Of a stretch of 64,000 bases of DNA, positions 53,093 to 64,000 are shown piece after piece; the first letter of the stretch is position 1; every line of letters starts with the position of its first letter. The DNA is taken from positions 40,672,001-40,736,000 of the forward strand of contig OZ024749.1 of NCBI GenBank assembly GCA_964016885.1. Direction: 5' to 3'. Made by a program: the position numbers and the translations under genes. The DNA is from Eledone cirrhosa (taxonomy: Eukaryota). The notes under the pieces were generated by a model. The model ran no database searches. It saw nothing but the letters and a program-made list of their open reading frames with translations, and was not told the DNA's origin.

Positions 53093-56043
53093 TTATGTAT
53101 ATATGTGTGTGTGTATATGTGTGTTTGTGTGTGTGTGTATAGGTGTAAGTATGTATATATACACACACACACATATATATATACACGTGTGTATGTTTGT
53201 GGAGGCCGAATTAATTGTAAATGTCACATTTTTAATAGAATAGGACTATTAATTTAAACAAAAGCAAAGAAAAGAACATATTTTTCGCATTCATTTCCAA
53301 GCGACAAACCACAACAATATCAACAACAATCAGCTGTAACAATAACAACAACAAAAGCACCGGATCATCCATGCTAACGAAGAACACCCGGTGTGACTAT
53401 CTGGTTTCTTCCTCACACCAGATGTGTGGCTTATACAATTTCAATTGGTTATTTATTATCGGTAAATAAACTCTTAAAATACCACCACGACCACCACCAC
53501 TCTAGCCGCCACCGCCACCACCACCATCACCATCACCATCACCATCACCATCACCACCACCACCACCATCACCATCACCAATCTAGCACTCAGCTCACTA
53601 CCACCACCACCACCATCACCAATCTAGCACTCAGCTCACTACCACCACCACCACCAGAACTAATCTTGTGCTCACCTCACTACCACCACTCTAGCTCTCA
53701 CCACCCGCCACAACCAATCTAGCACTTACCTCACCCATCACCACCACCACCACCACCAACATCAATCTAACCCCCTACCCCCAACCTCCCCACCGCCAAT
53801 CTAGCATTCACCTCACCGCCACCCCTACCATCACCACCGCCAATCTAGCACTCACCCCATACCCCCATCACCACTACCACCACCACTCATCACAAGTGCT
53901 CATCATTTATCACCACTACTCACCTTCCCTTTCCATCACCACCACCACTACTACTAACCTCTTCGCTCCTCCACTGTCACCCCCCCCCCCTCACACAACA
54001 CCATCACCATCATTACCATCACCATCATCACCCTACACCAACACCACCACCCGTTTCCTCACCCAGGCGCTCCGCTTCTCGTCGTTCACCGAGGAACAAT
54101 TAATTCATTACAGGAATTAAACATAAAAAGGATGGTGTGTTGGTAACGATGCACCATTTGGAATAATGGTTTCTGATTTAGGCACAGGGCTAACAATTTT
54201 TGATGCCCCCCCCCCTAAAAATAAAGTACCAGTAACGCACTGGGGTCGATTTAGTCAATATCGACACCAGTGCGTTACTGGTACTTTATTTTACCAACTC
54301 CGTAAGTATGAAAGACATTTTATCGAGCGCCCGTAAGAATGAGAGGCAAAGCTAACTTCGGCGTGATTTGAACTCAGAACATAAAGAGTCGTAACTCTAT
54401 GCTGCAAAGCATGGTGTGCGACACTCTACCGATTCTGCCAATCCACAAGGCCACAATGGCACAAGGCCAGCAAATTACCCTAGTGTATTACTGGTACTTT
54501 ATTTTATTTTATTTTATTGACCCCGTAAGGATGAAAGGCAAAGTTAACCTCGGTGGGATTTGAACTCAGACCATAAAGGGCCGTAACTCTTTGCCGCAAA
54601 GCATGGCGTCCGACTCTCTACCGATACTGCCACTCCACCGCCCTGAATAGAGAATAATAAATGTCTTCTTTGTTTAGAGACAAACGAGGAAAACCAAACA
54701 TAAGTCATTTGACACATTTATATAAGCAACGCCATTGAAGCGATTCCATAGTATACTTCCTTTTTTAAAAAAAAATAACAAAAGAGAAATCTCGCTAACA
54801 TATTTTAAGGCTGAGACCACATGTTTGTTTCCCTTTACACCTCCATCACTCCCAGCATCATCATCACCACCACCATCATCATCACCACCGCCACAACCAC
54901 CACCACCACCATCATCACTACAACCACCATCACCACCATCTCCACCACCACCATCATCACCACCACCACAACCACCACCACCATCATCACTACAACCACC
55001 ACTACCATCACCATCACCACCATCTCCACCACAATCATCATCACAACCACCATCATCATCACCACCACCACCACAACCACCACCATCATCACTACAACCA
55101 CCATCACCACCATCTCCACCACCACCATCATCACCACCACCACAACCACCACCACCATCATCACTACAACCACCACTACCATCACCATCACCACCATCTC
55201 CACCACAATCATCATCCCAACCACCATCACCACCACCACCACCACCACCACCACCACTATCATCACCCCCACCGTCACCACCGCCCACCCACTCACCACC
55301 ATCATCACGCCACCATTATCACCTCACGACCACCATCACCATCATCACCACCACCACTATCATCACCCCCCCCCATCATCACCAACACCATCACCAACAA
55401 CCACCACCTTCACCACCACCATCACCATAATCACCACCATCACCATCATCACCGTCACCACCATCACCATCACCACCATCATCACCACCTCCACCATCAC
55501 CAGCTCCACAACCACCACCATCACCCCACCAACACCATCATCACACCATCATCACCCCCACCACCGCCGCCAATCCTTCTCACCCTGAACACTGCTTCCC
55601 TACCACCACCACCACCACCACCACCACCACCACACTTTTAACCTATTCACTTCACACATATACAGACAAGAGACACACACACATACAATTAGATACACAC
55701 ACACACACATAGACACACACCGACGTATTGACTGACAGACAGATAGATACACATACTCACACACAAGCTGACAGACGCAGAGACCGACAGACACACATAC
55801 ACTTAGTCACACACATACACTTAGTCACACACATACACTTAATCACACACATAGAGACATACACACAGACAGACAGGCTAAATCCCTGCGGCAAGATAAG
55901 TCAAAATGGATTTGTTAATATAGAATCCAAACTTTCCTTGAAATGAAATTCTTCGGATGTACACACATACATACCTATATATACATATACACATATACAT
56001 TCATATATATATTATATATGCATACATATGCACACGCACACAC

Positions 56044-56093
<50 letters not shown>

Positions 56094-56101
56094 ATATACA
56101 T

Positions 56102-56601
56102 ACTAGCCGAATTACCCGCGCCTTGCTGTGTTTCACACATTGTTTTTGTAAGAAAACGATGATTTTTGTTGATAATTTTTGTCATAATTCTAGTGATGTT
56201 TTGCTATAGATAAAATGTTTAAATTAGCCAAATTTTACTATAAAAGAGAGGTGCTATTTTTGTTGATTTACGTTTAATTAATAGAAAAACCCCGTGATAA
56301 TAGAGGTTCCAATACTCAAGTTATGGGCTACCATAATTTTCACTATACTTAACCCCCATTAGGGTGTCTTAATATTATTGAAATTTGCTGAAATTTTGTG
56401 AATAGGCATCACATCTTGTCATTTACCTATGGTTTCAGCGGCGATTAGTACCCCCGGGGAACCCTTTGATTAAAATGAAATATACTTATCCAAGTACCCT
56501 GGGCAATGTAGTTTCAGAATATATATGGTTATGGGGGTCTATCTCCAAAACCATAGGAGGAGTTCGTGAACAAACAAACATACAGACAGGAACTACAACT
56601 T

Positions 56602-56610
<9 letters not shown>
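56102..56610 (-). mobile_element. Non-autonomous Helitron-like element
   Basis: - strand 3' end ...gcgcgggtaattcggCTAG|T preceded by an imperfect GC-rich hairpin; aaac/agac microsatellite near the other end. Confidence 0.55.
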
Positions 56611-56688
<78 letters not shown>

Positions 56689-56825
56689 TCCTCACTGATT
56701 AACAAAAGTGTGCACTCTGGCTAGCTGAGTTCGATTTTTTAATAATTTGGAATTAGTCGTCCATCGAGTGAGTGTAGAAACAGCCAAAGTTCTGTCTGTT
56801 CTATTAGACTTTCTTCGTCTCCTGA

Positions 56826-56857
<32 letters not shown>

Positions 56858-56858
56858 G

Positions 56859-56900
<42 letters not shown>

Positions 56901-57108
56901 GGAAATTTGCGACGGGGCGAACAGACAGCAGGATTTTCAGAGGGGGAGCCCCCATCAAGCAAGTGTTTCAGCCCTTGATTCTTCCTAACACTTCAAAGGA
57001 GCGGGGCCCACTTAAATCCCGACTCTTGTTGTTGTGGGGTTTTTTTCTCCACCAGCGGGTGATCTTGTTTGCCATTCCCTGTGGTTTACACCACTCGGCC
57101 ACAAAGAC

Positions 57109-57924
57109 CATCGGTACAACTAACCATCAGTAGAACTAACCATCGGTACAACTAACCATCGGTACAACTAACCATCAGTAGAACTAACCATCGGTACAAC
57201 TAACCATCGGTACAACTAACCATCAGTAGAACTAACCATCAGTAGAACTAACCATCGGTACAACTAACCATCGGTACAACTAACCATCGGTACAACTAAC
57301 CATCGGTACAACTAACCATCAGTAGAACTAACCATCAGTAGAACTAACCATCAGTAGAACTAACCATCGGTACAACTAACCATCGGTACAACTAACCATC
57401 GGTACAACTAACCATCGGTACAACTAACCATCAGTAGAACTAACCATCAGTAGAACTAACCATCAGTAGAACTAACCATCGGTACAACTAACCATCGGTA
57501 CAACTAACCATCGGTACAACTAACCATCGGTACAACTAACCATCGGTACAACTAACCATCAGTAGAACTAACCATCAGTAGAACTAACCATCAGTAGAAC
57601 TAACCATCGGTACAACTAACCATCGGTACAACTAACCATCGGTACAACTAACCATCGGTACAACTAACCATCAGTAGAACTAACCATCAGTAGAACTAAC
57701 CATCAGTAGAACTAACCATCGGTACAACTAACCATCGGTACAACTAACCATCGGTACAACTAACCATCAGTATAACTAACCATCAGTAGAACTAACCATC
57801 AGTAGAACTAACCATCGGTACAACTAACCATCGGTACAACTAACCATCGGTACAACTAACCATCAGTAGAACTAACCATCAGTAGAACTAACCATCAGTA
57901 GAACTAACCATCAGTAGAACTAAC
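57109..57924. repeat. 16-bp two-variant minisatellite, about 51 units
   Basis: CATCGGTACAACTAAC and CATCAGTAGAACTAAC units. Confidence 0.97.
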
Positions 57925-58182
57925 ACTTCACATCTATTGAAACAGCAATCAATGTTCACGACTTAACGTATCCTAACACAGTTCCGGTGGTCATTCCTCG
58001 TTGACCATTGCCACATTGAGCTTTCCTCGGCTGTCTCTGACAGACATTTGCTCGTTGCTGTTCTTTTCCGACCTTTGATTCCAAGCTGACCTGGCTTTAT
58101 TATGGATTGATATCCTACTCTTTTCACCTCATGTGTAGACATATATATATTGGTGAACATGTCCAGCTAACCTCATATATAT

Positions 58183-58850
58183 ATTGCTCGCACCAACCTG
58201 AGGTATATGATTTTTAATGCGATTAAATACCAATGATGGTTGGAAAATCACTGACGAAGGACTATTTTTATCATATGTAACCCATGTGCAACCACGCAGT
58301 ATTCTTCTTTCTTCTCATGTTTTTTTTATATATATTTACCTCGGCTGCGTTTGTCTGTTTCTCTCTTACTGCTTCCCCGTTCTCACTGTTGCTCTCACCT
58401 TCTTTCGCCCCCTCTGTCAGTTACACTTTCTCTCGACTGACCTCTTCCTCGCACTTCCACTCACTCACTCTCTTGTTTCTCCCCTTCTCACTTCCTCCCG
58501 TTTGGCTTGTAGTGGGTTCTCTTTTTGCTCACATCTCACTCACGTCGGACGGTCTGTATCCCGATCGCTCATGAAATCCACCCAGTTTATGCTGACCGGA
58601 TAACCATGTTGCTTGTTTATTCCTATCTTTGCGTTGCTTTCATCCTTCTATGTTGTTTACTTGTCTCACTCGCTTTACGCGATTTACTTGTCCCAATAGC
58701 TTTATTTAGCTATTGCTCGCACCAACCTGAGGTATATGATTTTTAATGCGTTGAAATACCAATGATGGTTGGAAAATCACTGACGAAGGACTATTTTTAT
58801 CATATGTAACCCATGTGCAACCACGCAGTATTCTTCTTTCTTCTCATGTT
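58183..58850 (+). mobile_element. Non-coding element with about 140-bp direct terminal repeats, each carrying a family H motif (58193-58258, 58722-58787)
   Basis: Repeats 529 bp apart; pyrimidine-rich non-coding interior related to 52355-52560 and 49200-49385; TA-repeat flanks. Confidence 0.7.
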
Positions 58851-59116
58851 TATATATATATATATATATACATACATGTGATGCGGACATGTTAACCGTA
58901 TTTCAGGCAGATGTTTGGAGCCGTGCCCTATCATACAGATCATAGGTCAACAATGCATTAAATGTTTTGGTCATTTTGTTTGGTCACTAATTGGCCAGCC
59001 AGCTCTGTGGACCTATAACAATAAATACTTGCATTTCAATGGTCTGAGGGATACAACACCGTGGGAGGGGGGAGGGGGGTTAGTGGAATCGCAAACAACT
59101 CCACACCCAAAACATG

Positions 59117-59161
<45 letters not shown>

Positions 59162-59587
59162 AGACACGCTCCACATCCATAACATGGCGCTAATAACCGC
59201 AGACCCCTTGCCTTGGTTGTAAATCACAAACTTCATTTCCTCGTCACACCTTCCCAGAAGTGCAATGGTTGAGAGCCAGGGAGTTACCACACTGCGGGTG
59301 GTTTGAAGGCAGTCGCAGACATATTCCCTACCCACAGCAGCTGGACACACAGACACACAGACACACATGCACACACACACACACACACACACACAGAAAT
59401 ACACAGAGATACACACTGATACACACACAGATAGAGACAGACGCAAACTAACAGGCACACGCATAGACACAGAGAGACGGAGGGGGGGGTCACACAAGAG
59501 TAAGAGAGAGATAAAGACAGAGAGAGAGAGAGACAAAGGCTGAGAGATAGGCAGAAAGAGAGGGAGAGATAGACAGAAAGAGAGAGT

Positions 59588-59651
<64 letters not shown>

Positions 59652-59957
59652 TAGAGAGAGAGCGACAGAGAGAGAGAGAGAGAACTAGACAAATTCAACA
59701 GATATAGTTTGACAGATGGTTTAAACGTTTTTCTACCTAAATAATTGTTTGTGAATGAGTGTGTGTGTGTTTATATGTGTGTGTTTATGTGTATGTATGT
59801 ATATGTGAGAGTATCTATTATATGTGCATGTATGCTTGGGTGTAAATTAGTGTATACGTGCGTGCATATGTATATATATATATATATATATGCGCGTCTG
59901 TGTGAATGTGTGTGTACGTGTGTGTGTACGTGTGTGTGTGTACGTGTGTACGTGTGT

Positions 59958-59991
<34 letters not shown>

Positions 59992-61139
59992 CGTCGGCAG
60001 AGAGGCGGAAGTCTGGTAGAACGCCGACATCTGTTGGAAATTGTCACTAAATCAGTGAGAGGTAGACATGAACTTGCTGAACAGACTGTTTGTTGGGTGA
60101 TGATGATGATGGTGGTGGTAGTAGTGTCTGGTGGTGTGGTGGTGGTGTATGATGTAGTGTCTGGTGGTGGTGGTGGTGGTGGTGTATGATGTAGTGCCTG
60201 GTGGTGGTGGTGGTGGTGGTGTATGATGTAGTGTCTGGTGGTGGTGGTGGTGGTGGTTGTGGTGAAGTATGATGTGGAGTGGTGGTAGTAGTGGTGGTGG
60301 CGCAGTGGTGGTGTATGATGTGGTGTTGTGGTAGTAGTGGTGGTGGTGTATGATGTAGTGTCTGGTGGTGGTGGTGGTGGTGGTGAAGTATGATGTGGTG
60401 GTGGTGGTAGTAGTGGTGGCGGTGTATGATGTAGTGTCTGGTGGTGGTGGTGGTGGTGGTGAAGTATGATGTGGTGGTGGTGGTGGTAGTAGTGGTGGCG
60501 GTGTATGATGTAGTGTCTGGTGGTGGTGGTGGTGGTGGTGAAGTATGATGTGGTGGTGGTGGTGGTAGTAGTGGTGGCGGTGTATGATGTAGTGTCTGGT
60601 GGTGGTGGTGGTGGTGGTGTCTGGTGGTGGTGGTGGTGGTGGTGGTGGTGGTGTCTGGTGGTGGTGGTGGTGGTGTATGCTGTGGTGGTGGCGGTGTTTG
60701 ATGTAGTGTCTGGTGGTGGTAGTGGTGGCGGTGGTGTGGGTGGTGGTGGTGGTGGTGCTAGTGTTGGTGGTGGCGGTGGAGAAGGAGGAAGAGGAGCAGG
60801 AGACGGGTTATGTTCGAGTGAACCAATAAATTCGGAGTGGTGCTGTGAGGGGTAGGGATGCATAGCACGCCGTGACTTTGTTCCTTCCTTTAAATACATT
60901 AAACAGTAAACCCTGCCTGGAGAGTTGGGTACATTCCAGACGAATCTTACTGTATAATATAAAGACGTATCCCCTCCCTACAGATGGCAGCTGGAGAGAG
61001 AGACCAGATCTTAAAATAGTTCCAATGTCAATCATGGACAGCTGGGTAGAACTCAATGCAGTTACACAGAACTGGGGTGGGATCACCTTCAAATCTGCCT
61101 GGGGGACAGAACACCTTTCAGACAGATTTTACTGCCTAT

Positions 61140-61260
<121 letters not shown>

Positions 61261-61393
61261 ATGTGTGTATAGAATTCACAAGAATCAAAGCTATGTTCAA
61301 AGCATTTATTCACTTACAATTGTTTCATCCAAACCTAGGCTTGGGGTCTTCGGAGCATTTTTCAGGTCAATTATGTGTACAAACATTGAAAAA

Positions 61394-61440
61394 TGCTCCG
61401 AAGAATCCAAGCCTAGGTTTGGATGAAACAATTGTAAGTG
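61394..61440 (+). ncRNA. Variant minimal hammerhead (core CCGAAGA, family D); inverted copy at 61311-61357
   Basis: UGCU-CCGAAGA-AUCCAAGccuaggUUUGGAU-GAAA-caauug-UA^-AGUG. Confidence 0.55.
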
Positions 61441-61678
61441 AATAAATGCTTTGAACATAGCTTTGATTCTTGTGAATTCTATATAACTGCTCTGTAGAAC
61501 AACTGATGTTATTACATTGAGCTATTTATCTTACTGGTAATAAGGTAGTAATAAATTACTGACCTTCACTGTTTAGGGTTTAAAATATATATAACTATAA
61601 AAAGTTTTAGTATATATATAACCATGAATAGTATCCTTAATATTATAAGTATGTATATATATAATTATAAATATGTAT

Positions 61679-61752
<74 letters not shown>

Positions 61753-61835
61753 ATGTATATATATATATAAATATGTATACATATATATGTATGTATATAT
61801 ATATATATAAATATGTATACATATATATGTATGTG

Positions 61836-61900
<65 letters not shown>

Positions 61901-62124
61901 GTATATAACAAAGGAAATGTGGTAAGGAGCCAGATGGACCATAATGCACCAAAGTACTCAATACTTAGGGTAGTAGAGTGGGAAATAGGAAAAAGTATGA
62001 CCCCGACGGCAGAGCTCAAGCCGTTTCGACGGCTATTTCTGGACTAATGTAGCTCGATACAGAATAAAAACATAAATACATGTAAAGTTTACATTGTAAA
62101 CGAAACTTCATCGTTATCTATGTA

Positions 62125-62240
<116 letters not shown>

Positions 62241-62692
62241 TATGAAGAGAGAAGAAACATTTAGATATAATTAGTAATAAAATGTATCATACCTAAACTG
62301 CTCCTAAATTCCTCGACTACGTAGTTTCGTGGCATAAACAAAAACAATATATCATAAAGATATAGAGTCCCTGCGAGGTCTGCCGACTTATCAAGAGGAT
62401 ACCTCATTTTACTAGTCTCAAGAACGCGTCTACACGACGTGAGAAAGAATCCCAAAAGGCGGAGGGGGAGATAGTCACGCGATATAACGGTCGAGAAACA
62501 GAGCTAAGCCTCTTATAACCACGAAGAAAATACCACGGAGGCGGAGGGGGTATTCATATCGAGGCCGCAGAAGATATGATTCCAGTTCCTCGGAGGAATA
62601 ACAACACACCCAGGAGCTGGACATATCGATGTATGGACGGAGTAAAACACACTTGAACAACATGTGTACCTGTCTTTCCAACACCAATTCGG

Positions 62693-62747
62693 ACTGCCTG
62701 AAGAGGTCACAGCCAATGATGGCTGTCACCGAAATATACATAGCAGT
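62693..62747 (+). ncRNA. Type I hammerhead ribozyme (family A)
   Basis: Same as 47383-47437 with substitutions only in loop II and loop III; host element about 62240-62895. Confidence 0.8.
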
Positions 62748-63110
62748 AATTTTTAATTTATAATAAACGAAGCCAAATTTTACATATTTGACTTAATTAT
62801 TTTACATTACTCCGGAGTAAACAAACCAACCTGCGTACTTCGTCGAGTGCTCCAATCTGCATACTGAGGTGTCGGTAAACAACCAACATATACTAAAAAA
62901 ATATATATATATATATATATATATATTGGTGGTGGTGGTGGTGGTGGTGGTAGTGGTGGTGGTGGTACTAGAGGGTGTATTTGAAGGACAGCGACCTTTC
63001 ACAAAGCAGCCATCACAGCAAACATTTGTCAAGTGGCCTTGTTATGTGATTAGAGGGAGAGAAGACACGCAAGAATAGGGAAATATTTACTCTCTCTCTC
63101 TCTCTTTCTT

Positions 63111-63141
<31 letters not shown>

Positions 63142-64000
63142 CTCTCTCTCTTTCTCTCTCCATCACTTACTCACTCACTCCCTCTCTCCCTCTCTCATAA
63201 TCTTTTGTGTGTGTATTTGTGCATGTGTAAGTACAACGTATATGCGAATAGATGTTTTAGTGTGTCCGTATGTACGAGTGTATTACACATGAGTGTGTTG
63301 GCGCGCGCGTGCATGTGTCATTGAATGTGTGTCCATGTGAATGTGCGCGTATATATGAGTGTGTATGTGTGTGCATATATGTGTGTGTATGTGTGTGCAT
63401 ATATGTGTGTGTATGTGTGTGCATATATGTGTGTGTATGTGTGTATATACTTATATCTAACACTCACTATATACTCAACGAATACCTCTAGCTAAGTCCA
63501 CTCAGTTGTAAGTATTTCGTGTCAGGGACAAGAAAAACAGTCATTTATATTAATAATTAATCAGCAAATAATGTGAGATAACTTAGGGATCGTTTCTATC
63601 TTATTAGATCCCATCAGCGAAGCATTTACTTCATCACACGTGCCGAACCAGTAATGAGAAAAATCACAAGGTAAATTTAAAATGTGCTCTTTTTAGATAA
63701 TAGTGGCTACAGTTGTTTCCCTTGATATATTCTAGTTGTCTCCCTTATGCTGATTATCTCCCTTGATTAGAGTTGTTGTTTTTTTTTTATATGTTTGTTC
63801 CTTAATTAAGTATTTGACTAAATTTAATCGACTAACAGCCTTCACGGCTTTGCAGTCAATGTTAAAATTCACACTTTTCCTATATATGTATTTCTAATGA
63901 ACGGTCGGGCAGACAGACGAACAGATGGACTAGCAGCTAATCCGACAGACGTGCGGACGGGCGGATAAGAACAAAGACGATGATGGCGACAACAACAACA

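Noticed and set aside
63690-63970. Possible Helentron-associated fragment (agttgtctccctt repeats, gacagacg motifs)
   Set aside because: Too degenerate and truncated by the window edge to support a call

Overview
Eukaryotic (animal) genomic DNA, AT-rich and extremely rich in microsatellites. The SINE/RTE repertoire and repeat style suggest an octopus-like cephalopod, but that is an inference. The only recognisable protein-coding gene is the 3' part of NUS1 (Nogo-B receptor, cis-prenyltransferase subunit): four + strand exons between 649 and 4403, ending in the conserved C-terminal RxG motif. The remaining ~59 kb is repeat-dominated: tRNA-head SINEs, RTE/CR1/CRE LINE fragments, piggyBac-, mariner-, hAT- and Helitron-type non-autonomous elements, minisatellites, a 200-N gap, and many short, often fold-back, elements embedded in (TA)n tracts. 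Nearly all long ORFs in the track are simple-repeat artefacts. The main hidden signal is RNA-structural. The (TA)n-embedded elements, which resemble Penelope-like pseudo-LTRs, carry several families of hammerhead ribozymes. One family (six copies, three sequence variants) has every hammerhead core element in a non-circularly permuted strand order, a box C/D-like kink-turn in stem III, and compensatory base changes in several helices. All RNA structures were read by eye and none is tested.
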